Virus record (IMG/VR): IMGVR_UViG_3300021060_000024
Span: 11,577-75,576 of that record
Direction: 5' to 3' (one strand)
Length of the DNA: 64,000 nt
From: a virus
Taxonomy: Duplodnaviria > Heunggongvirae > Uroviricota > Caudoviricetes
Shown here: positions 27,157 through 37,203 of the stretch, piece after piece
Numbering within the stretch: the stretch's first letter is position 1
Layout: each line of letters begins with the position of its first letter
Notes under the pieces: model-generated
Database searches by the model: none
Told to the model about the DNA's origin: nothing
The model's input: the letters and a program-made list of their open reading frames with translations, nothing else
Translations under genes and position numbers: made by a program

Positions 27157-29537
27157 GAACCTCCCGGGATCATCGGGTCACCGCTGCGCAGCAGCATGAC
27201 CCGCAGGTTGACGACCTGGCGGTCGCCCTTGACCTTCTTGGTGGGGTAGCCGATGCGCGCCAGGCGCTCGGTGAGCTCGGGGGCGGACATGCGCCCCATG
27301 CCGTTCTCCTCGCACCAGCGCTTGAAGGACTGGTACACGACCGAGGACTTCTCGGTGTGGCCCTCCTGGGTGGTGCAGCACTCCTTGGCCCAGGCGCGCA
27401 CGCGGTCGATGTCCTCCACGAAGGCGTCGAAGGCCTCGGCCACCGCGCCCTTGCGCTCGAAGCTGCGCCGCTCCAGCAGGCGCCGCAGCGCGACCACGGC
27501 CTTGGCCGCGATGCCGGGGATCTCACTCTCCAGCCGGTCGGAGAGGTTGGCGATCATGTCGGTCTCGGCGATCTTGCGGTTGAAGGGCACCACGATCCAG
27601 CGACGCGTGTAGCCGTCGGAGGTGTCCGAGGAGCCGGGGATCTTGTTGGCCGAGAAGATCGGGGTGGCCCAGGAGACGAAGTCGAAGGGCTGGCCGTACT
27701 TGTGCTGGGCGCGGTACTGGTCCTCGCCGGTGAGCATCTTGAAGCTCGCCGTGGACTCCTGGTAGGTGGCGTCGATGTCGCCCGCGATGTTGGCGATCTT
27801 GCCGAACAGGCCCGAGGGCGCGAAGCGGTCCCCGTTGAGGTCGTCCAGGGAGATCGAGGCGATGTTGGACCGGCCCAGCATCGTGGACAGCACCCGCAGC
27901 ACGGTCCCCTTGCCGTTGCCGCCGCCGCCGACGAACAGGATCGCCTTCTGCAGGGGGTTGCCCGAATAGAGCATGTACCCCAGCACCTCCCAGATCAGCT
28001 CCACGGTCTCCGGCTCAGCGATGCTGGCCAGGAAGGCGTCGAACTGGGGGCAGTCGTCCTCGGGGCGCCAGTCGTGGGGGAACTGGATGGTGGTGCGCGC
28101 CTCGGGGCTGTGCGCGCTGAGCACGCCGGTCTTCCAGTCCAGCAGCCCGTTGCGCCAGTTCATGATCGCGGGGGTGGGGTCGAAGTCCAGCCGCGGCACG
28201 CGGTGGCGGGTGTAGGCCTCCACGTTGGTCACGATGGAGCCCCGGAAGCGGCCCTGCAGCAGGCGCGTGGCGCGCCCCTCGACCACGTCCGGCTCGCAGC
28301 GCCACACCCCCGCGCGGTAGGCCCAGAAGTTGTGGTCGCGCCCGAAGGCCAGCGGGCCCAGGCGCAGCACGTCGTCGGAGAGCATGCGCACGTCCACCCC
28401 GGCGGCCTTGTCGAGGAAGTAGTCCCCCGGGTCGCGCACCGGCCCCAGCGTGACGCTGTCGACGGCCACCTCCGGCTCGGGGGCGCTGGCGCTGGTGACC
28501 TCCATCTCCGCGTTCGGGGCCCGCGGGGCTTCGGCGCGCACCAGGGCCTCGATGGCGGCCACGGGGTCGGCGGGGTCCAGCACGCCCGAGCCCGGCGGGG
28601 CCACCAGGGAGTCGTCGTTGATCGCCTGCCCGATGGCCCAGGCGACCACGCCGGAGAACTCACTCGCGGGGTGGCGCCCGGGGGTGGGCCGCTCGGCCAT
28701 GGCCTCCATGAACATGCCCTGCAGGGTGTCGATCGCCAGCGCCGCGGGGTAGAAGCCCTTGCGGGCCTCGCGCATGGCCCAGCAGGCCGCCTCCACCAGC
28801 GCCTCGTGGCGGCTGGCGCCGTCCTTGACCGCGCGGGCGAAGCGCTCCAGCACCGGGTCCAGCGCGCCGAGCTTGTAGTTGTCGACGTGCTCGGCCTTGA
28901 AGGCGGCGATCATGTCGTCGCTGGCGGGGGCGTCGCGCTCGGCGCCCTGGGGCAACAGCGCGTCCACGTAGGACGGCAGCAGCGGCACCTGGCCGTCGCT
29001 GTACCAGTGGTACTCGCCCGCGTCGTCGGGGTGGGGGCTGGGCTCGGCCATGACGAAGCCGTTCAGCCCACGCACCTCCCCCCAGGTGATGCGCCGCTCC
29101 CCGGGCTCCTGGCCGGAGTCGTAGAGCTGGCCGCGGCCGTTGCCCAGCACGCGCCCCGGCGGCACCCGGAAGATCAGGTGGCCGCGGTTGAGCTGGCCAC
29201 GGCGGGTCTGCTGGAAGGGCGGGGCCTCCTCGACCGCGGCGCGCTGCAGCGCCTCGGGCAGCACCTCGGGGTGGTCGATGTCGAAGATGACCAGGCCGCT
29301 GCGGCCAGCGTGGATGCCGACGCCGTGGTCGGTCCCGGCCCAGAGGGCCACGATCTCCTGCACGTCGCGGGTGGACTTCATCTGCCAGCCGTCGCCCAGC
29401 ACCGAGCCGGGGTGCTTGGTGTGCGACTTCACCGGCACGACGTAGAGCCCCGCCTTGGCGTACTTGATCGCCGCCGACATGGCGTCGTCCTCGGCGGTGA
29501 TCTCGGGGATGTAGATCGGGGTGGTGTCAGTGGTCAC
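27150..29537 (-). CDS. bifunctional primase-polymerase (AEP) fused to D5/P4-type SF3 helicase
   Basis: Prim-pol N-terminus (GLYVVPVKSHTKHP...LVIFDIDHPE). Walker A ILFVGGGGNGKGT. 795 aa. Confidence 0.75.
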   Translation of the reverse strand: MTTDTTPIYIPEITAEDDAMSAAIKYAKAGLYVVPVKSHTKHPGSVLGDGWQMKSTRDVQEIVALWAGTDHGVGIHAGRSGLVIFDIDHPEVLPEALQRAAVEEAPPFQQTRRGQLNRGHLIFRVPPGRVLGNGRGQLYDSGQEPGERRITWGEVRGLNGFVMAEPSPHPDDAGEYHWYSDGQVPLLPSYVDALLPQGAERDAPASDDMIAAFKAEHVDNYKLGALDPVLERFARAVKDGASRHEALVEAACWAMREARKGFYPAALAIDTLQGMFMEAMAERPTPGRHPASEFSGVVAWAIGQAINDDSLVAPPGSGVLDPADPVAAIEALVRAEAPRAPNAEMEVTSASAPEPEVAVDSVTLGPVRDPGDYFLDKAAGVDVRMLSDDVLRLGPLAFGRDHNFWAYRAGVWRCEPDVVEGRATRLLQGRFRGSIVTNVEAYTRHRVPRLDFDPTPAIMNWRNGLLDWKTGVLSAHSPEARTTIQFPHDWRPEDDCPQFDAFLASIAEPETVELIWEVLGYMLYSGNPLQKAILFVGGGGNGKGTVLRVLSTMLGRSNIASISLDDLNGDRFAPSGLFGKIANIAGDIDATYQESTASFKMLTGEDQYRAQHKYGQPFDFVSWATPIFSANKIPGSSDTSDGYTRRWIVVPFNRKIAETDMIANLSDRLESEIPGIAAKAVVALRRLLERRSFERKGAVAEAFDAFVEDIDRVRAWAKECCTTQEGHTEKSSVVYQSFKRWCEENGMGRMSAPELTERLARIGYPTKKVKGDRQVVNLRVMLLRSGDPMIPGGSW

Positions 29538-30118
29538 GCGAGGGCCTCCGGGCGGTACAGGGCGAGGATCTCCAACGCGAACGCCACCTTGTCCTCGACG
29601 CGCTGGCCCGCGGGCTGCGCGGTGTTCCAGAGCTCCAGGTTCTCCAGGCGGTTGTCGGCGCGGTCGCCGTTGATGTGGTGGACGTTCTCGTTCGCGGTCA
29701 GCATCCTGCCGAGCGCCTCGGACATCACGAGCCGGTGCTCAGCGACGTAGCCGTTCCGCTTGGCCATGGGGCTGTCGGGTCGCAGGACCAGCACGTAGCC
29801 GTCAGCCGTCACATGGCGCCTCGTGCCACGGTTCGGGACCTGCGAGATCGCCGGGTCAGTGTGCCGGCGCTTCCAGATCTGATAGTGGTTGTAGCACCAC
29901 TCGCGCGCGTACATGCCTGCTGAACACGTTTCGATCTTGCAGATCTTGTCAGTGCGGTTTCGCCGTGCGTAGGAGGCGTGGGTGTTGCAGAGGCGCACCG
30001 TTCCTCCGCGACGCTTCGACCTCTTGGTGCAGCCTTCAACCTTGCACGTCGGCCAGTCGACCTTGACTGCGCTAGCCTCTTCCATAGCGACCTCATCTCG
30101 CTCATCGCCCCCGGCCAC
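29534..30118 (-). CDS. HNH endonuclease
   Basis: NGYVAEHRLVMSEALGRMLTANENVHHINGDRADNRLENL, with upstream CxxC...C Cys cluster. Confidence 0.65.
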   Translation of the reverse strand: MAGGDERDEVAMEEASAVKVDWPTCKVEGCTKRSKRRGGTVRLCNTHASYARRNRTDKICKIETCSAGMYAREWCYNHYQIWKRRHTDPAISQVPNRGTRRHVTADGYVLVLRPDSPMAKRNGYVAEHRLVMSEALGRMLTANENVHHINGDRADNRLENLELWNTAQPAGQRVEDKVAFALEILALYRPEALA

Positions 30119-30163
30119 GTTCGCAGCGTGGCGCGGGGGCTCCTTCGTTGCGGGACCCTGACC

Positions 30164-30454
30164 CTAGCGCGAGCGGAGCGCGTCCAGGCCGGTCTCGACC
30201 ACGTCCTCCAGGGTCTGCCCGGGGGGCAGCTCGCCGTTGCTCAGGCCGAAGATCTTGTCCAGGGCCTGACGCACGACCTCGGCCCGCGAGATCTTGGCGG
30301 CGGCGCTGGCGGACTCCACCGCGGCGCGCTGGGTGGGAGTGCCCACCCACGGCATCTGCTTGGTCAGTCTCGCTTCGACGGCCACGGCGGCCTCCTCTCG
30401 GGTCGATGTCCAGGTCACAGTACGTGACTCGATGACCAGTTGACAACGCGTCAT
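30164..30454 (-). CDS. ribbon-helix-helix-like DNA-binding protein
   Basis: C-terminal QRAAVESASAAAKISRAEVVRQALDKIFGL. First gene of the leftward operon. TTGACA-like -35 in the 52-bp divergent intergenic region. Confidence 0.4.
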   Translation of the reverse strand: MTRCQLVIESRTVTWTSTREEAAVAVEARLTKQMPWVGTPTQRAAVESASAAAKISRAEVVRQALDKIFGLSNGELPPGQTLEDVVETGLDALRSR

Positions 30455-30506
30455 CCACTCGGGCAGTCTCCTCGGTGTCAGAACCACCACAGAACGGAGG
30501 AAGTCG

Positions 30507-30761
30507 ATGAGCCTGGTCGTGAAGGTCTCGATCAACGACGCGCCGACGGTGGCCGTGCTGGCCGCCACGCGCATGGCCGGCACCACCGACCCCGACAGCA
30601 TCGGCCAGTACAGCGTCAACGCCTGGCACGTCCCCCTGGGCGAGCCCGGCTTCACCCCGGTGCTGGAGAGCGCGTCGGTCGAGCACCGCTACGGCGACGG
30701 CGCCCTGGAGCTCGTCAAGAAGATGATCGCGGCGCTGCCGCAGAAGGAGGAGCAGTCGTGA
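30507..30761 (+). CDS. hypothetical protein (84 aa)
   Basis: GGAGGAAG RBS. First gene of the rightward operon. Confidence 0.4.
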   Translation: MSLVVKVSINDAPTVAVLAATRMAGTTDPDSIGQYSVNAWHVPLGEPGFTPVLESASVEHRYGDGALELVKKMIAALPQKEEQS

Positions 30762-31183
30762 AACTGATCAGTGGACGCCGCTACCGCGTCGTCGAGACCT
30801 ACGAGTCGGGCACCGTGCTGACCTACGAGGGCACGATCGTGAACAGCGCCGACACCCAGGACCACGGCGCCACCGTCGAGTTCCGCGACGCGGGCACCGC
30901 CTGGGTCGACGACCGCGAGGACTGCAAGGTCACCGTCGAGCCGCTGCGCGACCTGCTGCCGACCGCGCTCGGCTCGCTGATCCGCTACTACCCCTCGACC
31001 CGCGAGCACCCCGACGTCAACGTGATCCAGATGCGCGTGCCGACCACGCGCCAGGCGGTCACCGACGAGGGTCAGCCCGTGCGCCGGGTCGACCTGAACT
31101 GGGTTACGGCCATGTCCGGCCTGCGGGTCACCGACCCGCTGGACGACTTCGACGTCATCTTCGACGCGGGGGCCGAGCAGTGA
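30758..31183 (+). CDS. hypothetical protein (141 aa)
   Basis: GTG in a GTGA overlap. Confidence 0.4.
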   Translation: MKLISGRRYRVVETYESGTVLTYEGTIVNSADTQDHGATVEFRDAGTAWVDDREDCKVTVEPLRDLLPTALGSLIRYYPSTREHPDVNVIQMRVPTTRQAVTDEGQPVRRVDLNWVTAMSGLRVTDPLDDFDVIFDAGAEQ

Positions 31184-31482
31184 GCGACTCGATCGCCCAG
31201 GCCGTCGAGGCCCTGTACGGCCCCATCATCGTCGGCACTGCGCCGGTGGAGATGCTGACCGAGCCCATCGACGAGCGCGTGAAGCAGTTCGACGTCGTGG
31301 TCATCCTCTCCGCTCAGCTCGGTCCGGTGCCGGAGTTGGGCTTCGTGCTGGACTTCGAGGAGGGCCAGGCCCTGGTGGGCATCATGAACGACCCCGAGGC
31401 CAGGCTGCTCCCGATCGACGACCTCGTCGTCATCGCCTCCACCAACATCGCTCAGCAGGTGCGCGATGCTCGCGGAGACTGA
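31180..31482 (+). CDS. hypothetical protein (100 aa)
   Basis: GTGA overlap. Confidence 0.4.
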   Translation: MSDSIAQAVEALYGPIIVGTAPVEMLTEPIDERVKQFDVVVILSAQLGPVPELGFVLDFEEGQALVGIMNDPEARLLPIDDLVVIASTNIAQQVRDARGD

Positions 31483-32008
31483 GCCCGTCGGCACCGTCTC
31501 GATGGGCTGGTCGATGATCAAGGACGGCGACGTCGTCCTGGGTGCGCGTGACGGCGCCCAGTGGCAGGTCGACGGCACCCCCACCGACCAGCCCGACGGC
31601 TCGCGGCTGGTCAACCTGGTGAAGCTGGACGAGCAGGCCGTGCGCCACAAGAACATCCGGGTGCGCGGGGTGGTGCGTCGCGTGGCCACCGGCGCCCAGA
31701 TGCGCGAGCGCGCCCTGGCCATCGTGCAGGTCAAGCTCGGCGGGGAGGTGGTGGCCGTGGCCGATGACGGCGACGAGCGCGGCCACGCCTGCCCGGCCGT
31801 GTTCACCGACGCGGGCCACCTGGCCGCGCACCTGCTGCTCTTCCACGCCACCACCGCTACCAAGAACGTGGACGGCAGCGAGTCGACCTACAGCCAGGTC
31901 GACGGCGAGCACCGCGCGCTGCACCACGACATCGCCGCGGGCAACCCCAAGCCCGGAACCGTCACCCACTGGCACGACCCGAACTTCGACAAGAGGAGCT
32001 TCAGCTGA
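31466..32008 (+). CDS. hypothetical protein (180 aa)
   Basis: Track ORF with a 17-nt overlap. Confidence 0.4.
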   Translation: MLAETEPVGTVSMGWSMIKDGDVVLGARDGAQWQVDGTPTDQPDGSRLVNLVKLDEQAVRHKNIRVRGVVRRVATGAQMRERALAIVQVKLGGEVVAVADDGDERGHACPAVFTDAGHLAAHLLLFHATTATKNVDGSESTYSQVDGEHRALHHDIAAGNPKPGTVTHWHDPNFDKRSFS

Positions 32009-32469
32009 TGGCCACCACGACCACGATCAACGTGCTGGACGAGATCGCCCAGGAGCGCGAGAACCAGGACAGGAAGTGGGGCGAGCAGAACCACCCCAAC
32101 GGCACCGGCGAGGACTACGACGACAAGGCCGCTCAGGCCAAGACCGAGTGCGATCGGGCCACCTGGAACGAGCACCTGACCTGGGACCTGATCCTGCTGG
32201 AGGAGGTCTACGAGGCCCTGGCCGAGTCCGACCCGGCGCTGCTGCGCGCTGAGCTCGTGCAGGTGGCCGCTGTGGCCATCGCCTGGATCGAGAAGATCGA
32301 CCGTGACGAGCGCAGGGTGGCCCCCCTGGACATGCTGGCTGCCGCGCTGGCCGAGGCCGACGACGACGAGTTCGCCCAGTTCAACGACACCACCCAGAAC
32401 CTGCACCGCGAGAAGGCCCAGGCACTGCTGACGCGCATGGGCGCCGCCATCCCCACCGGAGGAAACTGA
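32008..32469 (+). CDS. hypothetical protein, possible MazG-like nucleotide pyrophosphohydrolase fold
   Basis: ATGA overlap. Motif ERENQDRKWGEQNHP (weak resemblance only). Confidence 0.35.
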   Translation: MATTTTINVLDEIAQERENQDRKWGEQNHPNGTGEDYDDKAAQAKTECDRATWNEHLTWDLILLEEVYEALAESDPALLRAELVQVAAVAIAWIEKIDRDERRVAPLDMLAAALAEADDDEFAQFNDTTQNLHREKAQALLTRMGAAIPTGGN

Positions 32470-32471
32470 TC

Positions 32472-32807
32472 ATGGACCACTACGACCGCAACCCCTACTA
32501 CCACCCCGAGCACCAGGGTGTGACGACCGTGGCGACGATCGACTGGCGTGAGCCCTGCTACGACTTCGACATGACCGTCGTGTGGCGCCGCGAGGACGGC
32601 ACCTACGCCATGGCGAGCGACTCGGGCTGCTCGCGCCCCTCCCCGTTCGAGAACACGGTCTTCGCCGACCTGCCGGTGATGACGCGCCAGGAGGTCATGG
32701 CGGCGCTGACCGCGGACTTCACCGAGCGCGCGGGCACCTACGGGCTGGACGAGTCGGGCAAGCGCTCGTACATGAGCGCGCTGGAGACGCTGGCGGTGGC
32801 CGCGTGA
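32472..32807 (+). CDS. hypothetical protein (111 aa)
   Basis: Track ORF. Confidence 0.4.
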   Translation: MDHYDRNPYYHPEHQGVTTVATIDWREPCYDFDMTVVWRREDGTYAMASDSGCSRPSPFENTVFADLPVMTRQEVMAALTADFTERAGTYGLDESGKRSYMSALETLAVAA

Positions 32808-33280
32808 GCAACGTCGAGATCCTGGCCGCCGAGCTGGCCGCGGCCGAGGGGCACTCCTGGGACGACCTGTCGGGAGAGGACCAGGAGTACTACGAGCAGC
32901 GCGGCCAGGCCGTGCTCGACCGGATGAAGGCGGGGCGCGCCCGCGGGGGCGACGACGAGCTGCAGGCGCGCCGGGTCGCGGTGCTCGCCAAGGCCTTCTC
33001 GGCGGGCAAGCCCATGGCCGCGGCCCTGCGCGAGTCCGAGCCGGACCTGGCGGCGAGCTACGTCCCCAACGCCGTCGCGCGCGCCTTCGAGTGGGACTAC
33101 GCCCACGACCGGGCGCTGGTGGGCGCGGGCTCGTGGGGACGCAAGGGCAACGAGGGGCTGCGCGTGGAGTGCAGGCTCACCACCCCCGATGGCCAGGTGG
33201 CCCGCTGGCGCTTCGCCACCCTGGCCGAGGCCTCGGAGTGGGTGCGCAGCCTGGATGGCCCCGAGGGCGGCTGGCTGTGA
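32804..33280 (+). CDS. hypothetical protein (158 aa)
   Basis: GTGA overlap. Confidence 0.4.
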   Translation: MSNVEILAAELAAAEGHSWDDLSGEDQEYYEQRGQAVLDRMKAGRARGGDDELQARRVAVLAKAFSAGKPMAAALRESEPDLAASYVPNAVARAFEWDYAHDRALVGAGSWGRKGNEGLRVECRLTTPDGQVARWRFATLAEASEWVRSLDGPEGGWL

Positions 33281-33546
33281 GCGACAACCTGCGCGAGCAC
33301 CTGCTGCGCGGCAAGGTCGATCGCTCCATTGAGCGGGCCATCGACGTCTTCTTGGAGGACGTCGACAAGCTCGTGACCTCCAAGGAGGCCACCGAGCAGG
33401 AGGTCACCGAGTTGCTCGCGGGCTGCTCCGACTTTCAGGACGCCTGGATCAACTACCTCGACATCACCGCCGAGGAGGCCGCCGCCGACGCCGAACGTGC
33501 AGGTCAGGCCGGGCTGTCCGACCCTCCTGGCACGGTGGGCGCATGA
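33277..33546 (+). CDS. hypothetical protein (89 aa)
   Basis: GTGA overlap. Its stop overlaps the exonuclease ATG. Confidence 0.35.
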   Translation: MSDNLREHLLRGKVDRSIERAIDVFLEDVDKLVTSKEATEQEVTELLAGCSDFQDAWINYLDITAEEAAADAERAGQAGLSDPPGTVGA

Positions 33547-34832
33547 GCGAGTTCGACGCCTTCTTCGACGCCGCCATCGCGGCGCCGGAGGCCCCGGCCA
33601 AGCCCGAGATCCGCACGCGCATCCGGCCCGACGACTGGGAGCCCGAGCCCGAGGCGCTCGCCGCGGGTCGCGGCACCGTCGGCACCGTGCTGCTGGGCAA
33701 GCACGAGCCCAACAGCCCGGCCTGGGACTACCTGCGCGCCACGCGCCTGGGCGGCTCGGAGGTGGCCGCGGTGGTGGGGCTGAGCAAGTGGGCCACGCCC
33801 TACTCGCTGTGGCACCGCAAGGCCGGCATGAGGCACGGGCACCCGCTGCTGCCCGAGGAGGACATCGGCGACTCCCCGATGATCGAGTGGGGCAACCGCC
33901 TGGAGGAGGTCGTCGGGGAGAAGCTGATCGAGAACCACCCCGACCTGTCCCTGGTGGCCAGCCCCGGCACCTTCGCCCACGTCGAGCGGGACTGGCAGCT
34001 CGCCAACCCCGACCTGCTGGGCGATGACCCGGATCTGCCCGACACCGACGGCCAGCCGCGGCCGGTCATCGGCGAGGTGAAGACGGCGGCCTACGGCCAC
34101 GCCTGGGGCGCCGACGGCACCGACGAGATCCCGCTCTACTATCGCTGCCAGTGCCAGTGGTACATGGACGTCATGGGCGCGGAGTACGCCATCCTGTGCG
34201 TGCTCATCGGCGGGAACGACTACCGCGAGTACAAGATCCCCTTCGACCTGGCTGACGCGCTGTATCTGCGCAGCCACGGCGAGGCCTTCATGAAGTCGGT
34301 GCGCGACGGCGTCGAGCCGCCGGTCACCGGGGGCTTCGTGGACAAGGACGCAGTCCAGGCCATGTGGGAGCCCGCACTGGAGGGCGGGGACGTGCAGATC
34401 CCGCGCGAGGTGGCGCTGGCCTACGCCCGCGCCGTGGCCGCGGAGAAGGCGGCCAAGATCGAGAAGGCCACCTGGGTGGCCAAGATCGAGTCCCTGCTCA
34501 AGGGTGACCGCCGAGCCATGCTCAACGCCACCCCGGTGGCCGCGCGCACCAACGGCCCGCACGGCATCTACCTGCGCCCGGACGCCAAGCTCAGCGCCAT
34601 CGCCACCGCGGCCTCCCTGGAGGCCGCACCGGGGCTGCCCTCGGCTATCACCCCCGACATCCCGCCGTGGGTGCGCCAGGCCCACATGGACTTCGAGGTC
34701 CAGCTCACCTGGCTGGTCGAGAACGTCCAGACCGCCGAGGACTGCGTGGCCATCGTGCGCATGCTCGGCCGCTTCATGACCAAGACCCAGAAGAACAACC
34801 TGCGCAAGCTCTGGAAGGAGAAGGCAGCGTGA
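33543..34832 (+). CDS. YqaJ / lambda-Exo / RecE-like viral recombinase exonuclease
   Basis: RLGGSEVAAVVGLSKWATPYSLWHRKAG and a PD-(D/E)xK-like core (IGEVKTAAY...YYRCQCQWYMDVMG). Confidence 0.7.
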   Translation: MSEFDAFFDAAIAAPEAPAKPEIRTRIRPDDWEPEPEALAAGRGTVGTVLLGKHEPNSPAWDYLRATRLGGSEVAAVVGLSKWATPYSLWHRKAGMRHGHPLLPEEDIGDSPMIEWGNRLEEVVGEKLIENHPDLSLVASPGTFAHVERDWQLANPDLLGDDPDLPDTDGQPRPVIGEVKTAAYGHAWGADGTDEIPLYYRCQCQWYMDVMGAEYAILCVLIGGNDYREYKIPFDLADALYLRSHGEAFMKSVRDGVEPPVTGGFVDKDAVQAMWEPALEGGDVQIPREVALAYARAVAAEKAAKIEKATWVAKIESLLKGDRRAMLNATPVAARTNGPHGIYLRPDAKLSAIATAASLEAAPGLPSAITPDIPPWVRQAHMDFEVQLTWLVENVQTAEDCVAIVRMLGRFMTKTQKNNLRKLWKEKAA

Positions 34833-35374
34833 AGATCAGCTACGGCCAGCTCGTGAGGGTGATCGCCGAGTCCGATGACAGGCCCAATCTCGTCGGCAAG
34901 GAGCTCTACGTGGACGAGATCGACCCCCCCGAGAGCAGGCTGCGCTTCTTCGTGGACAGCGACCCCAACCCGAACGACGTCAACGTCTCCAACGACAACG
35001 AGGACTACGGCTACGTCAGCGACGTCGAGCCGGTGATGCCCGAGCGGTTCGTCGACCGCGACCGCTACTTCGTGGACGGCATCAGGAAGTTCGCCCTGAT
35101 CGACGAGCCGGCCACCGTCGAGGCTGGCGAGCCCGACCTGCAGGCCAAGCTCGGCGCCGAGGCCGAGGCGGCCGTGCACGACCCCGTGGATCACCCCAGC
35201 CACTACACCAGCACCGCGGGGGTGGAGTGCATCGACGTGACCGAGCAGTTCAACTTCAACCGCGGCAACGCGATCAAGTACATCTGGCGCGCGGGCGGCA
35301 AGGGCGACGAGATCGAAGACCTGCGCAAGGCCGCCTGGTACATCAACCGCGAGATCGAGAGGATCTCGCGGTGA
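34829..35374 (+). CDS. DUF3310-domain protein
   Basis: C-terminal HPSHYTSTAGVECIDV...RGNAIKYIWRAGGKGDEIEDLRKAAWYINREIERI. Confidence 0.5.
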   Translation: MKISYGQLVRVIAESDDRPNLVGKELYVDEIDPPESRLRFFVDSDPNPNDVNVSNDNEDYGYVSDVEPVMPERFVDRDRYFVDGIRKFALIDEPATVEAGEPDLQAKLGAEAEAAVHDPVDHPSHYTSTAGVECIDVTEQFNFNRGNAIKYIWRAGGKGDEIEDLRKAAWYINREIERISR

Positions 35375-35565
35375 GCACGAAGTACCGCATGGAGGCGCGC
35401 CGCCCCGAGGTGCCGGACTTCCTGCTCACGCTGCGCATGGACTCCTGGGATGCGAGCCTGGACGCCGAGCACGAGCGGGCAATCGGCGCCATGGCCACCG
35501 GGCTGCAGCACGCCGGCTACACCACCGAGGTGACCGTCGAGACGACCACCGCGAGGCCGCTGTGA
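35371..35565 (+). CDS. hypothetical protein (64 aa)
   Basis: GTGA overlap. Confidence 0.3.
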   Translation: MSTKYRMEARRPEVPDFLLTLRMDSWDASLDAEHERAIGAMATGLQHAGYTTEVTVETTTARPL

Positions 35566-35756
35566 GCACCGCGCTGCTGACCCCGGCCGAGGTCGCCGAG
35601 CGCTTCGGCGTCAACGTCAAGACCATCACGCGCTGGGCCGACGCCGGCCTGCTGACCTGTCAGCGCACCCTCGGCGGTCACCGCCGCTTCTCGGCCGAGC
35701 AGGTCGAGCGCATGATCGCTGCCCAGAACACCACCCCGGAGGACCACGATGACTGA
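35562..35756 (+). CDS. excisionase/MerR-like HTH_17 DNA-binding protein
   Basis: LLTPAEVAERFGVNVKTITRWADAGLLTCQRTLGGHRRF. Confidence 0.5.
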   Translation: MSTALLTPAEVAERFGVNVKTITRWADAGLLTCQRTLGGHRRFSAEQVERMIAAQNTTPEDHDD

Positions 35757-36348
35757 GCCCACCCGCGCCCAGCGCCTGCTGATCAACAGGAAGGTGCGCA
35801 TCACCGACAGCGCTTGGCCCGACCACATCGGCTTCATCGGCCTGTCCGAGTGGGATTCCGAGGGCAACGGCACCGCGCCGGACCAGCACTGGGTCGTCCG
35901 CGAGCTCAACGGCACCGGCGGCCGCTACGGCAGCGCCGTCGAGCTCGTCGAGGATCTGGTCGTCGTCGAGCCCATCACCCCGGCCAACGTGCGCGCGCTG
36001 GCGCTGAGCCAGGCCAAGCAGCTCTACCCCGACGGCGACCTCCACGACCACATCACCGCGGCCGCATGGCTGCTGCAGGCTCCCGAGCCCGAGATCAAGC
36101 CCATCGCCCCGCCGATCAGTTCCGGGCCCACCGCTGAGACCGTCGAGACCCCCTGGCGCTTCCGCTGGACGGACTCCCAGGGGAACCGCAACCTGGCGTG
36201 CAGGCTGGACAGCCCCGACAGTGATGGCGACATCGCCTGGATGTCCACCCACGACGAGGACAAGGGGACCCGCACCGTCTACTTCAACCCCGCCCAGGCC
36301 GCGAGCGTGGTGGAGATCCTGCGGGAGACGCTGCGCGGAGGGAGTTGA
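35749..36348 (+). CDS. hypothetical protein (199 aa)
   Basis: Track ORF in the recombination operon. Confidence 0.4.
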   Translation: MTEPTRAQRLLINRKVRITDSAWPDHIGFIGLSEWDSEGNGTAPDQHWVVRELNGTGGRYGSAVELVEDLVVVEPITPANVRALALSQAKQLYPDGDLHDHITAAAWLLQAPEPEIKPIAPPISSGPTAETVETPWRFRWTDSQGNRNLACRLDSPDSDGDIAWMSTHDEDKGTRTVYFNPAQAASVVEILRETLRGGS

Positions 36349-36406
36349 CAAGGCTTCATCCACGACTGATAGAGTTTCACCACCCCACACGGAAGGACGC
36401 ATCATC

Positions 36407-37057
36407 GTGACCGTCACCAACGAGTTCGACACCGCTGCCGACAACGCCGCCACCGGAGGCATCGGCGGGCCCAGCTACAAGTTCGACGGGGTGGGCGACA
36501 CCATCACCGGCGAGATTGTCTCGGTCACCGGGATGGACGTCACCGTCTACGGCACCAACCCGGCCCAGACCGAGTTCCTCGCCGACGGCTCCCCGGCGCG
36601 CCAGATGGCGATCACCCTCAAGACCGACCTGCGCAACTGGGACCGCGTGGCCAAGCTGCCCACCAACCAGGACGGCACGGCCCAGCCCCCCTCCGAGGAC
36701 GAGGGCCTGCGCAACCTCTACGCCAACGTCACCGGCAAGGGGTCCAAGGCGCTCTTCACCGCCATCAGCCGCGCGATCAAGGACGCCGGCCTGGGCGGTG
36801 CGCCGAAGGTCGGCGCCCGCCTGCAGGTGAAGCTGTCCGAGCTGCGCCCGACGAACAAGGGCAACCCCGCCAAGCTCTTCGAGGCGCGCTACGCCCCGCC
36901 GGCCGCGGCCAGCGAGTTCGACGCGCCGGCCAGCTCGGCCGCCGCGGCCCAGCCCCCGGCGCCTGCGCCGCAGAACACCGGCGGAGCCAACCCGTGGGCG
37001 CCCTCGACCCCGCCGAGCCAGCCCTCGGGCGGCTTCTCGGGCGAGCCCCCGTTCTGA
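36407..37057 (+). CDS. putative ssDNA-binding protein with SSB-like acidic C-terminal tail
   Basis: GGAAGGA then GTG. Ends ...SGGFSGEPPF, like actinobacterial SSB tips. Gly/Pro-rich linker before the tip. Confidence 0.4.
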   Translation: MTVTNEFDTAADNAATGGIGGPSYKFDGVGDTITGEIVSVTGMDVTVYGTNPAQTEFLADGSPARQMAITLKTDLRNWDRVAKLPTNQDGTAQPPSEDEGLRNLYANVTGKGSKALFTAISRAIKDAGLGGAPKVGARLQVKLSELRPTNKGNPAKLFEARYAPPAAASEFDAPASSAAAAQPPAPAPQNTGGANPWAPSTPPSQPSGGFSGEPPF

Positions 37058-37203
37058 TCGGCTGACTCCCGCGGGCGCCGGGCGGTTCACAACCCCCGGC
37101 GCCCGCCGGGCCACACACGTCCTGTCGGGCGGTTCCGGGGAGGGGAAGCCCCACTCCGCCCGGCAGGGCTCCACCCGCCACCACGGCCACCACGGAGACA
37201 ATC

